A stretch of 40,964 nucleotides of DNA, from positions 1 through 40,964 of the forward strand of contig JABIUA010000003.1 in NCBI GenBank assembly GCA_018667575.1, in the 5' to 3' direction. The DNA comes from Methanobacteriota archaeon. GTDB lineage: Archaea; Thermoplasmatota; Poseidoniia; Poseidoniales; Poseidoniaceae. A program made the position numbers and the translations under genes. Each line of letters opens with the position of its first letter. The first letter of the stretch is position 1. Of the stretch, positions 1 through 9,407 are shown piece after piece. The notes under the pieces were generated by a model that worked only from the letters and a program-made list of their open reading frames with translations, was not told the DNA's origin and did not search any database.

Positions 1-496
1 CTGAAATTCTATTTCGAATATGCTGATGTAAAGAGATTATTGCATCTCTTTGTGCATCCATCTCCTCAAGGATATTGCTTAATTCAGCAAGGTGAGAAAC
101 TCCTTCTCCCACAGAGATCTTCTTCCTTCCACTGACAGTCTCAGCAACCTTCAAACTATTTTCTGGAAGAGTTTTTGAGAGCCTCATAGGGCCACCTAGT
201 GGTAGTTTTCGTTGTTCACAGTGAAACAAGTCCGGCCCCAAATCGATTCGTAAGGAAATTGATTTTTGAACAGAATAAATGGTTCTTGGTGGGCCACCTT
301 TGTTACTTGGAACCTTCATTTTAGCGACAAAGTCTCCCTTTTCTAATTCTTTTAGATGTTTCATAATTGCTTGTTGACTAACTCCAATCAAATCTGCTAA
401 TTGCATTGGATAGTGAGGTTCTCTAACAAGCCTCTCTAAAATTTGCCTACGCACCTTGTTTTGGAGAATAGATAATGCAAGGTCAACATCAACCAT
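1..496 (-). CDS. ArsR-type winged-HTH transcriptional regulator (COG1777-like), runs off the left edge of the window
   Basis: Absent from the ORF track; translated by hand from ATG 496: MVDVDLALSILQNKVRRQILERLVREPHYPMQLADLIGVSQQAIMKHLKELEKGDFV...KGGPPRTIY, an ArsR-like wHTH, open to base 1. An in-frame TTG at 505 is an alternative start. Confidence 0.85.
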   Translation of the reverse strand, partial: MVDVDLALSILQNKVRRQILERLVREPHYPMQLADLIGVSQQAIMKHLKELEKGDFVAKMKVPSNKGGPPRTIYSVQKSISLRIDLGPDLFHCEQRKLPLGGPMRLSKTLPENSLKVAETVSGRKKISVGEGVSHLAELSNILEEMDAQRDAIISLHQHIRNRIS

Positions 497-550
497 ACTG
501 CTCAACCTAAGGTTACCTAGAGGGCACACCCTTTTGAATGCGTCGAAACA

Positions 551-1120
551 TCAGAAAAGGATACCTCTAAAGATAGAGTAACTCAAAAGACCCATTCCGA
601 TTAGTAATAATGGCGTTGTTATTCCGCTTTTCAATGTCGCTTCATACTCCCAATCTACAGAGAATTGTTGTAGAGATTGACTATCATCTCCTCCGGCCAC
701 AAAGCGATATTCTCCCGGTTCAGGAGTCCACTGAATCTCTCCGTTAGATGAGTCTCCTCCCTCGATTAGAGTGACAGAGTTTTTTGTACATTTGTAATAA
801 TCATTTTTTAGTTCACAGTTTTCGACTTGATCGGCTTCTGCAATTCCAATCCATACTCCCTCCTTAGCCCATGAAATATCTACAATAACATCTGCAGCAA
901 TAGCCTCAGCAGGAATCTCTAAGATTTCAACTGACATGCCCCAGTAACAAGTTACTTCTTCATCTCCAGGCAATAGCGTTCCTTCATCGGTTATTTCACA
1001 CGGGGGGAGCATAGTTTCAACACTATCAGATTCTGCTAGTTCGTTATTTATTCCAACTATTGAAACAATCAAAAGTATGGAACCTATGATTCCAGCAGCG
1101 ATACGAAAATATTTTTCCAT
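551..1120 (-). CDS. Hypothetical membrane protein (N- and C-terminal TM helices around an acidic, Cys-containing domain)
   Basis: Hydrophobic ends IAAGIIGSILLIVSIVGI and LLLIGMGLLSYSIF; start moved to ATG 1120. Confidence 0.75.
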   Translation of the reverse strand: MEKYFRIAAGIIGSILLIVSIVGINNELAESDSVETMLPPCEITDEGTLLPGDEEVTCYWGMSVEILEIPAEAIAADVIVDISWAKEGVWIGIAEADQVENCELKNDYYKCTKNSVTLIEGGDSSNGEIQWTPEPGEYRFVAGGDDSQSLQQFSVDWEYEATLKSGITTPLLLIGMGLLSYSIFRGILF

Positions 1121-1129
1121 ATTAATCAC

Positions 1130-2167
1130 TCATAGTTCATCCCAATCTTTCCAAGCACCTGCTTTAGATTGGCTATCCTTTGACTTAGTTGATTTACTTA
1201 TATCGGCATGATTAACCATTTGTTTCGAATCTTTTGAGGAGAATTGCTCATCATCTCCTGAATCCCAGAAGGCTATATCCTTAGAATTACTAGTTTCTGT
1301 TGGATTTGTTTTATCCATTTGTTGTTGATTAAAGTCAGCAAATGGGTCACTCACTCGCTTCTGTGCTTCATCTACATCGCCTTTCATCAGAGCAAATACT
1401 TGGTCAGTCGTGAGTAGGGTGCCGTTTTCGACACTTTCACGCCCATCGACGAAGTCTTCCGATTTCGATATACCAGTATCAGCAAATGGATTTTCTATCG
1501 CTTGAACATTGTTAGTTTGCTCCATTTTCTTAACCGTTTCAGGAGTTAAGTCGGTAAGAGGCATTATCATTCCGTCATAGTTAATCATCATAACTTTTGA
1601 TTTATTCCTGTTAGAAATGTAAAGGATTAGAGCGATAGGAAGTGCGATTAAACCAAAGCAACATAGTCCTCCTCCAGCGATAAGTCCAATCTCTCCGAAG
1701 ATATTCCACTGTGCTTCATCGACGTCTACCAACCAAATAGTAACATCTTCACAACCATTTTGTTCAGAACAATCCATAGTCAATACATATTCGCCTTCTT
1801 CACTAACTTTCCAGCCTTCTATGATAGCATACTCTTCACCACTTGTATCCATAGGTTGCCAGTCAGTTGCACATGAAGTTGATTCTAGTGATTCACTGGC
1901 AGGTGACGAGCCTTGCATCTTAGTCAATGATAGATTTCCATAGCCACTATCTGAAATACCAACAGCAACGTGACATCCAGAATCCAACTCTCCAATCTCG
2001 CTATTATCTCCAGTAACAATAATTTCACTTACATTTCTTGGACTAAACACATTATCAATCGAGTTACCTTGACTAAAAAGTACTACAGAGCCAACAAAAA
2101 TGCAAACTAAACCGAAAATAGCAACGCGCAGAGACCAAGGATTCGCCTGTCCCGAAGCCTTCGCCAT
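1130..2167 (-). CDS. Hypothetical membrane protein (two TM segments, acidic external domain, long polar tail)
   Basis: TMs VAIFGLVCIFVGSVVLF and LIAGGGLCCFGLIALPIALILYI; ATG 2167 lies 22 nt downstream of ATTGATTT. Confidence 0.75.
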   Translation of the reverse strand: MAKASGQANPWSLRVAIFGLVCIFVGSVVLFSQGNSIDNVFSPRNVSEIIVTGDNSEIGELDSGCHVAVGISDSGYGNLSLTKMQGSSPASESLESTSCATDWQPMDTSGEEYAIIEGWKVSEEGEYVLTMDCSEQNGCEDVTIWLVDVDEAQWNIFGEIGLIAGGGLCCFGLIALPIALILYISNRNKSKVMMINYDGMIMPLTDLTPETVKKMEQTNNVQAIENPFADTGISKSEDFVDGRESVENGTLLTTDQVFALMKGDVDEAQKRVSDPFADFNQQQMDKTNPTETSNSKDIAFWDSGDDEQFSSKDSKQMVNHADISKSTKSKDSQSKAGAWKDWDEL

Positions 2168-2212
2168 GATAATTCGTGTCCATCTTCCCAAATCAATCCT
2201 TGCACGGTATCG

Positions 2213-3313
2213 TCATGCAAGTCCTAATTCTGCTAACTTTTCTGGAAGGTAAGTTTCGGTTACGAAATCTAGACCATATTTAGCAAGAGATTGCTGTTCA
2301 GCCTTCTTACCTAATTCTAACATCATATTAATTTGGTCTTGCCACCAACTATCAGCAAATCTAGGGTCTGAAAGTTCAGCATTTAGCGCTTCAACATCTT
2401 TCTTTGATAGGTCATCACTTGGAAGGTCATAGGCTACAATATCATCGGCTGTTATTCCAAGGTAAGTTGCACTTGGAGTTGCTAAGTATTCTGAAATATG
2501 GGCGGTTTTAATTGCACCATAAGCAATTGAAGCAAATATTCTGAAAGACCACGGGTCACCGTCGAGGAATACAACAACAGGTAAATCCCATTCTTCGCTC
2601 ATACGCTTAATTATTCGTCGAGTGGACCTTGCAGGCTGACCCTTAAGATGTAGTAAACCGCATCTATATTCTTCATCAAATCCATTTTCTATCAATCTGT
2701 CAAACATTCCACCAGTCTCGATGGCCATAATGAAGTCAATATCGTTCTCTAACAACTCGATTTTCTCAGATTCTACGTTATATGGAACACCGTATCCAGA
2801 GTCTCCAACATCATCTCTAGCATTGATTCGCATCCACTCACCACGGCGATTTCTTTCACGAAGGGTTAGGTTTCCAATCATCCTAGCACCGTCTTCTTCA
2901 GGACGTAATTTGAAATCTTCACGAAGACATTTTGTAACAATTTCTAAATCTTCTGCTAAATTATTAGATTCGTTTTGACTTCCAAATTTACCAAGTCCCC
3001 AAGACTCAGAGATATAGTACATTTCTCTTAGAGTGGAGGATTTCCCAGCATCAATCATTTCTTCAATGAACTCAACGACATACAATGCTCTAAGCAATTG
3101 TTTTGCAGAACCTAGACTTGTTGCATCTCGAATAGACCTTTTTTTACCATATTTGTAAACTCCTAATTTCGCATCAAATCCAATATTATTTTTTGTCCTA
3201 ACAGGCAGTGTCATTGTAGGGGGTTCTCCGCCTACGATTTTGTCATACATTTCCTTTACAACTGAGTGCATAGCTTTTTTTGTTTCTTCCGATGAAAATC
3301 TTTGAACCATCAT
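2213..3313 (-). CDS. top6A: DNA topoisomerase VI subunit A
   Basis: STLREMYY catalytic-Tyr region, TOPRIM motifs IETGG and DGDP, KAEQQSL; RBS GGAGGTGA; ATGA overlap with top6B. Confidence 0.97.
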   Translation of the reverse strand: MMVQRFSSEETKKAMHSVVKEMYDKIVGGEPPTMTLPVRTKNNIGFDAKLGVYKYGKKRSIRDATSLGSAKQLLRALYVVEFIEEMIDAGKSSTLREMYYISESWGLGKFGSQNESNNLAEDLEIVTKCLREDFKLRPEEDGARMIGNLTLRERNRRGEWMRINARDDVGDSGYGVPYNVESEKIELLENDIDFIMAIETGGMFDRLIENGFDEEYRCGLLHLKGQPARSTRRIIKRMSEEWDLPVVVFLDGDPWSFRIFASIAYGAIKTAHISEYLATPSATYLGITADDIVAYDLPSDDLSKKDVEALNAELSDPRFADSWWQDQINMMLELGKKAEQQSLAKYGLDFVTETYLPEKLAELGLA

Positions 3314-5418
3314 AATTCACCTCCAAAAAGAGTACTCTGTCCACTTGGGGGCGGAACTTTTGGTTCTCCTAGAGATGCAATAATTTCGTCTAAGTCAATT
3401 TCAGGTGATTCCGAGTCAGCCGTGGAGTCATCACTTGATTCAACTTGCTCACCACTTTCAAGGTTCATTTCTATCATGATATTTTCCTGATTCCTTATTT
3501 CTTCGAGATATTTTTCATCCATCTTCATGGCACCAATGACTTCTTGAGAGCCGCGATAGAAGATATCAGTTTCCACCCAATCTCCTTTTTCTAGGCCACT
3601 GAGACTGTAGGAGATGACAATTCGTTCACCAGGTTCCAAAGTTTGTAATTTCCATGCCCAAACTCCCATTGCTTCTTTTCTTCCACCAGTGTCATTGTCA
3701 ACTAATTTTGCACCAGATTTTTCAGGCCAATTTGCCAAAATTGTGTATGCTCTTGAACGTGAAGTGTAATTGTATAATGTGATAGAGACATCAGTTTGCT
3801 TGGTTTCTTTATTCCATACAGTACTAGTTTCTCCAATTACTGCAGACATAATCCTAGTTATCGATCCAGAAAGGTCCGGTATTGGCTTATCTAGAATCTC
3901 TGCAGACTTTGCAGCAATCGCAGGTAAAATATCATTTATTAGTTCGAACTTTTCTTGAGTCTTCGCCATCTTCTTCTTCTTCTCGAGGTGCTTTCTAAGG
4001 CCACGACCCATTTCTAGCATTGCCTTTCTCGCTTCTTCAATGACTTCTTCATTTTCAGCCAATGCCTCTTTCGCTTCAGATGTAAATTGAACATTCGTAC
4101 TAGCTAAGTGTACTAGAATTGCAGCAGGTCCCTTCGGTACTCCTTTAGCACCGGGTTGGTCCAATCCGTATTGCCGCCAATCTACACTTTCAATAGCCTT
4201 GGTCAAAAGGCAACCACCTTGTTGGTACATTAGAGGAACTCGATTTGCAAATCTGAGAACTTCTACAGCCTTATCAGCAGGCATGTTCCCTCCAAAGATT
4301 AGTCCAACTTCTATTTGGTAAGGATTACCTTGAGAAACGTTTGGTGCTCTTGTCATGGTGGATATAAATCTTGAATCAATAGTTTTTGATAGACCTTTTT
4401 TGATAAGCATTTCTTCAATTGGCGAGAGACAATTTGTTGGGGGATTTAACATCTTGACAGGCTTTCCATTGAACATTTTTTCTCCTTGGAATGCCTCGAG
4501 TAAAGCACGAATATGGTCTGGTTTCATCTGTTTTGGCTTTACACCGACATCGAGTTCAGCAGCAGCGCATAATTCCTTAGCAGCTCTGTTGGAAACTCCA
4601 GAGAAATTCATTCGAAGAAAAACCGATAATCTAGAGTCAGTTGACTCGCTGAGCATACGTTGAAGTTGGCCAAGTTCAATTCCATGAGGGTGAGGCTTTA
4701 TCGATTCTACTTTGGTTGGTAATCTTTCAGTGACTCTAGGCCAATGATGGATTTCACCTTCAGGGTCTATGAAATTAATTTCAGCATGAGGATTAACAAT
4801 GCTTGTCATTCTAAGGTATTGCCAAACACTCTGTCGGCCTTTTTGGTATTTAGCCTTTAATTGGGTTGTAACTTCTAGACCATGTTGCTTCATAGTTCCA
4901 TCTTTAAGTTCCCAAAGTTCTCGACCTTGGTTACTCTTAACGGCCTTATTTTTTCTAGTATCCAGTCCAATATCTACGACAGCAGCAGTTGATTCTGTAG
5001 AAATTTTAGAACGTACATGAGTTGGTTTGCCGGTGGTTAATTGGCTATACATTACAACTCCAGTAATTCCTATTCCTTGTTGACCTCTAGATTGCCTAAT
5101 AGCATGAAATCTAGATCCGAATAATAACTGTCCAAACACCTTTTCAATACTCTTTTGCGGGATTCCAGGGCCATTATCTTCGACTTTTAATTCAATGATA
5201 TCTTTCTTTAAATCGAGTTTTTTGATTTGGATATTAATTTCTGGTAGTATACGAGCCTCTTCACAAGCATCGAGCGCATTATCCACGGCTTCCTTGACAG
5301 CAGTAATCAAAGACCTTGATAGGGAATCAAACCCAAGAAAATGTTTATTTTTCTCAAAAAATTCAGATATTGCGACTTGTTTTTGATTGGATGCGAGTTT
5401 TTGTGCTATACCAGCCAT
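3310..5418 (-). CDS. top6B: DNA topoisomerase VI subunit B
   Basis: GHKL motifs EAVDNALDACE, VEDNGPGI, QSRGQQGIG; IKPHPHG; RFANRVPL. Start set at ATG 5418 after RBS GGAGGT. Confidence 0.97.
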   Translation of the reverse strand: MAGIAQKLASNQKQVAISEFFEKNKHFLGFDSLSRSLITAVKEAVDNALDACEEARILPEINIQIKKLDLKKDIIELKVEDNGPGIPQKSIEKVFGQLLFGSRFHAIRQSRGQQGIGITGVVMYSQLTTGKPTHVRSKISTESTAAVVDIGLDTRKNKAVKSNQGRELWELKDGTMKQHGLEVTTQLKAKYQKGRQSVWQYLRMTSIVNPHAEINFIDPEGEIHHWPRVTERLPTKVESIKPHPHGIELGQLQRMLSESTDSRLSVFLRMNFSGVSNRAAKELCAAAELDVGVKPKQMKPDHIRALLEAFQGEKMFNGKPVKMLNPPTNCLSPIEEMLIKKGLSKTIDSRFISTMTRAPNVSQGNPYQIEVGLIFGGNMPADKAVEVLRFANRVPLMYQQGGCLLTKAIESVDWRQYGLDQPGAKGVPKGPAAILVHLASTNVQFTSEAKEALAENEEVIEEARKAMLEMGRGLRKHLEKKKKMAKTQEKFELINDILPAIAAKSAEILDKPIPDLSGSITRIMSAVIGETSTVWNKETKQTDVSITLYNYTSRSRAYTILANWPEKSGAKLVDNDTGGRKEAMGVWAWKLQTLEPGERIVISYSLSGLEKGDWVETDIFYRGSQEVIGAMKMDEKYLEEIRNQENIMIEMNLESGEQVESSDDSTADSESPEIDLDEIIASLGEPKVPPPSGQSTLFGGEL

Positions 5419-5547
5419 ACTTAGACCTCCACATCTGGTCCTCCTTCGTCCCAATGACGTCGGGCCAGTAGTGATATTGTTACTCGCATCTCGACGGTTT
5501 TTAATCCTAATACTATCGTTAATCAATCAACGCCCATTTCTGGACCT

Positions 5548-6231
5548 CTATTCATTTTCGAATGAGGCGATATTTTTAGAAATTTTATGACTTCTGATTA
5601 CTAACCAAATTGTTAGTATAAATGAGATGATTAGACTAATTGTATAACTTGGACCTTTTTCTTTAGTTTCGATTACTCCTGCAATTATCCTTGTTTGTGA
5701 ACCCCACCAGACATACATTATCGATGGTACAATCATAGCCAAGTTACCAATTAGATAATGCTTTAACTTTATTTCAGTAGCCCCAAAAGCGTAATTCAAC
5801 AATCCATATGGAATTATTAAGCTAACTCGAGTCAACGCTACAGTCTTCCATTTATCAGTGATTATGGCATTCTCAAGTCCCATTAATTTTGGATTTTGTT
5901 TTAATAATTTTTGAGCGAAAGGATTGAGCCACTTTTTTGCTAATAGGAATGGAATTATTGCGGCTATCATCGAACCAAGCCAGGCAACAAATACTCCGAG
6001 GGAGAAACCAAATAGAATTCCTGATAGATATTTATGGAAACTAGCAGGTATAACTAAAACTCCAAAAACGATGTATAGGAGGATGAATACAGTAATTCCC
6101 TTAATTCCCGAATCTGTAAACCAAGACATTTGTTCAATTATTTGAGATAATAGAATTTGAGTAATACTCATTGAAAGAATAATTCCACCAATGACAATCA
6201 ATATGCCAGATGATGCAATCTTCATCTTCAT
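5548..6231 (-). CDS. TVP38/TMEM64 (DedA/VTT) family membrane protein
   Basis: Multi-TM; GILFGFSLG, ALTRVSLIIPYGLLNYAFGAT and YLIGN match the DedA/SNARE-associated signature. Confidence 0.9.
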   Translation of the reverse strand: MKMKIASSGILIVIGGIILSMSITQILLSQIIEQMSWFTDSGIKGITVFILLYIVFGVLVIPASFHKYLSGILFGFSLGVFVAWLGSMIAAIIPFLLAKKWLNPFAQKLLKQNPKLMGLENAIITDKWKTVALTRVSLIIPYGLLNYAFGATEIKLKHYLIGNLAMIVPSIMYVWWGSQTRIIAGVIETKEKGPSYTISLIISFILTIWLVIRSHKISKNIASFENE

Positions 6232-6236
6232 TGAAA

Positions 6237-8255
6237 TCAACTAAACAGGCTTTCATTCCATGAAGTAATGACGCCTGTGAAAGCAGACGCTGCTACAGTC
6301 AGTGGACTTGCCAAGTATAGTTTCCCAGGTCCAGAACGTCCTTGGAAATTCCTGTTTATTGCCGAAACGCTAACTTGTTCTGGTGTTGTTGAAACACCTG
6401 GGCCAGCGCCGATACAAGCACCACACCCAGGGTCGATTAACTTCACACCTACTCGCTCGAATAATTCATGCCATCCTTTCTTTTCTGCTAACTCTTTGAC
6501 AGGTCCTGAACCGTATTGGATAAAGAATTCAACACCGTCATGAACCTTGAGTCCAGCATTTTCAGCCGCTTGACATACTTCAGCATAGTAAGCAACGTCA
6601 TCTTCTTTTCCAGCAGTACACGAGCCGCCATATGCAATATCGATCTTAACTTCACCAATTTCAGAGATATATGCTCCATTTGTTGGGTCGCTTGGAATTC
6701 CTTTATCAGGGTCTCCAGGGTGAGCAACCATAGGTTTGATTTGGTTGAGGTCAATCATATGAACTCCACCATCATACACTGCCTCGTCATCTGGTGAAAC
6801 ACTCATTGATCTCTGCTGTTCAATGTCTAGATTTGGCTGTGACTTTTTCATCCAATCATACAGGGAATCATCTGCTTCACAAATCCCAGTTCTTCCAGAG
6901 CATTCCGTGGCCATGTTACAAAGCGTCGCTCTTTCGTCTACAGATAAGCTTGCTAAGCCGGTTCCGCCAAATTCCATACTCCTATTCAAAGTCAATTCTT
7001 TTCTTGCATGGTCTGCAAGAATGTATAGGATTACATCTTTTGCAGTACAACCATGAGATAATGTTCCGGTCAACTCGAATCGGATTGATTCAGGAACTTT
7101 CACGAAAGTAAATCCAGCACTGATAAGATTTGCATATTCAGTGGCGCCAACTCCCCACGTCAATGCATTAGATGCTCCACCCATACAGGTATGCGAATCA
7201 GTCGCTTGAATAAAATCTCCAACTTCAATAAATTCTTCTCTAGCAACTTGGTGACAAATTCCTGGTGAAACGCCGTCTACTGCCGAGTAGTCTCTTACCA
7301 GTGTGTGCTTTTGGAAACTATTTTGTAGGTCTCTGAGAGTTTGAACCTTGTCCATAAATGGAACAAACTTTGGATTATGGTGGGCATATAGTAAATGGTC
7401 TTCAAACACAGCATACTTATCTGGATTAGGCAAACTGTAGTCTTCTCCATATTCCTGCTTTAGAAATGTATGAACCTGAGCAGTAGTAAACTCGTGAGAA
7501 TAACCGCCTTGAACCTGTGCAATCACAGGGTCATTTGGCTTTACACATTGACTGGAGTCTTGCCCGACTAGATTACGAGCAATAATTTTCTCTGCCATAT
7601 TCATTGGTCTTACGGGGGTTTCGATTGGAGGGAGTATGAGTTCTCCTTTCTGTAATGATTTAGCGAATGGAAATAGGCCACCCTTTTCAATAACCAATTT
7701 TGTAACATTATCATATCTGCTAGTAAATTCTTGCAGAGAGATTTCTTCTCCATTTTGTAATCTTTCAAGCATAGAGTAATCGCCCATCAATTGTCCAAGA
7801 TTGATATTGTTTCTTTCATGGATTGGGGCGAAAGAAGAAGCAATTACGATATTTATTCCAGCCCATCGCTCACACTGAGCGGCGGTTTCTCTACTCGAGC
7901 CAGTGCCTTTTCTTTGGCCAGAAACAATTACTTCGAAATTCCCATCTATCAATGCATTCTCTCTAAAGACCCGCAATCCATTATGTTGTAAGCCTGCATA
8001 AGCATTTTTTGCGATTTCGGAGGGGTCATGGTCAAAACAAACCCATGCCGGAGTCATGACATCTGTATTGATATCATCAAGCAGATCTTCAGGGCTAATG
8101 TCGCTCATATGAAGGTTCAGACCATCATATAATTGCTGTTTGATAAGATCTAAATCCTTAGTTAGAAATAAAACACGCTTATTTTTTGCGAGCGCAATTT
8201 TTTGGGGGGGCCAATTTTCACGCATAGCAACCATTCTTTCGCAAAATGCATCCAT
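6237..8255 (-). CDS. Aconitase-superfamily [4Fe-4S] hydro-lyase, single chain with LeuD-like swivel domain fused N-terminal to LeuC-like catalytic domains
   Basis: Swivel motifs DDINTDVMTP, GTGSSRETA, SFAPIHERNNINLG; then MAEKII, PGICHQ, TDSHTC, and cluster ligands GGSCT and PGCGAC; YLASP. Confidence 0.9.
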   Translation of the reverse strand: MDAFCERMVAMRENWPPQKIALAKNKRVLFLTKDLDLIKQQLYDGLNLHMSDISPEDLLDDINTDVMTPAWVCFDHDPSEIAKNAYAGLQHNGLRVFRENALIDGNFEVIVSGQRKGTGSSRETAAQCERWAGINIVIASSFAPIHERNNINLGQLMGDYSMLERLQNGEEISLQEFTSRYDNVTKLVIEKGGLFPFAKSLQKGELILPPIETPVRPMNMAEKIIARNLVGQDSSQCVKPNDPVIAQVQGGYSHEFTTAQVHTFLKQEYGEDYSLPNPDKYAVFEDHLLYAHHNPKFVPFMDKVQTLRDLQNSFQKHTLVRDYSAVDGVSPGICHQVAREEFIEVGDFIQATDSHTCMGGASNALTWGVGATEYANLISAGFTFVKVPESIRFELTGTLSHGCTAKDVILYILADHARKELTLNRSMEFGGTGLASLSVDERATLCNMATECSGRTGICEADDSLYDWMKKSQPNLDIEQQRSMSVSPDDEAVYDGGVHMIDLNQIKPMVAHPGDPDKGIPSDPTNGAYISEIGEVKIDIAYGGSCTAGKEDDVAYYAEVCQAAENAGLKVHDGVEFFIQYGSGPVKELAEKKGWHELFERVGVKLIDPGCGACIGAGPGVSTTPEQVSVSAINRNFQGRSGPGKLYLASPLTVAASAFTGVITSWNESLFS

Positions 8256-8275
8256 GTATAACGGTTCTTCCTTGA

Positions 8276-8283
8276 CTTATAAG
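8276..8283 (-). promoter_or_regulatory. Putative TATA box of the aconitase-family gene
   Basis: CTTATAAG ends 20 nt before ATG 8255. Confidence 0.45.
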
Positions 8284-8412
8284 GGAATAAATCAAAATAC
8301 TATTTTATATTTGAATAATAATGATTATTTTGTAGTAATTTACTAATTTTTGTAAAAGTCACTTTTGCGTAACCTTCATATAAGTTCGTCTAAGGGATTA
8401 AGAGTGTTGCCC

Positions 8413-8420
8413 TTAATATA
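8413..8420 (+). promoter_or_regulatory. Putative TATA box of tfb
   Basis: TTAATATA, flanked by inverted CCCT/AGGG, 26 nt before ATG 8447. Confidence 0.5.
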
Positions 8421-8446
8421 GGGTAATTTATGAGAGAGGGAATAAT

Positions 8447-9376
8447 ATGGATGAACAACAACAAGTAGAAGATATTGTAAAATGCAGTGACTGTGGAAGT
8501 AGAAGTTTGACACGTGATGAAACACGTGGTGAGGTCGTTTGTGACGACTGTGGATTGGTTTTAGAAGATAATGTAATTGATCAAGGCGCAGAATGGAGAG
8601 TTTTCTCACCAGAGCAAGGAGACCAAAGAGCCCGTACTGGTGCACCTATGACTGTCATGCTCCACGACAAAGGATTGTCCACCGATATCGATTGGCAAAA
8701 CAAAGACTACTCTGGAAAAACAATTAATTCTAGATATAGATCACAATTCTACAGAATGAGGAAATGGCAGAAGCGAAGCCGTGTTTCAAACGCTACAGAG
8801 AGAAATCTCGCAATGGCTCTAGCGGAATTGGATAGAATGGCAAGTCGCCTAGAATTACCAAAATCCGTTAGAGAAGCAGCGGCTGTAAACTACAAGAAAG
8901 CAGTGGACAAGCGTTTGATTCGTGGTCGTTCCATCGAAGGAGTTGCAGCAGCGTCACTTTATGCAGCATGTAGACAATGTGGTGTACCACGTACTCTTGA
9001 TGAGATTGGGCAAGCATCTCGTACAGGCAGAAAAGAAATTGGCCGTACATACAGATTCATGGTTAGAGAATTGAAGATGAAGATAATGCCAACTGGACCA
9101 GAAGATTATATCTCAAGATTCTGTTCAGGATTAGGATTAGATGCTGAAGTTGAAGCTAAGGCATATGAATTGATCAAGGCGGCTCAAGAAAAAGAGTTGA
9201 CAAGTGGAAGAGGTCCAACAGGTATCGCTGCTTCAATTATCTATATCGCTTCAGTTCTTTGTGGAAAGAGAAGAACTCAAAGAGAAGTCGCAGAAGTTGC
9301 TGGAGTTACCGAAGTAACAATCAGAAACCGATACAAAGAATTGATTCAAAACTTGAATATCGAACTAGATATTTGA
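8447..9376 (+). CDS. tfb: Transcription initiation factor IIB (TFB)
   Basis: Zn ribbon CSDC...CDDCG, B-reader DQGAEWR, cyclin repeats with RGRSIE and [32 protein letters not shown]. Confidence 0.98.
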   Translation: MDEQQQVEDIVKCSDCGSRSLTRDETRGEVVCDDCGLVLEDNVIDQGAEWRVFSPEQGDQRARTGAPMTVMLHDKGLSTDIDWQNKDYSGKTINSRYRSQFYRMRKWQKRSRVSNATERNLAMALAELDRMASRLELPKSVREAAAVNYKKAVDKRLIRGRSIEGVAAASLYAACRQCGVPRTLDEIGQASRTGRKEIGRTYRFMVRELKMKIMPTGPEDYISRFCSGLGLDAEVEAKAYELIKAAQEKELTSGRGPTGIAASIIYIASVLCGKRRTQREVAEVAGVTEVTIRNRYKELIQNLNIELDI

Positions 9377-9407
9377 GTAGTATCTAATATTCGTAGGTGT
9401 TTGATCT

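Noticed and set aside
5419-5526. N-terminal extension of Topo VIB in the ORF track
   Set aside because: A strong RBS precedes ATG 5418 and homology begins there.
8256-8446. AT-rich gap as a replication origin
   Set aside because: No ORB-like repeats with G-strings and no adjacent cdc6/orc1; divergent promoters explain it.
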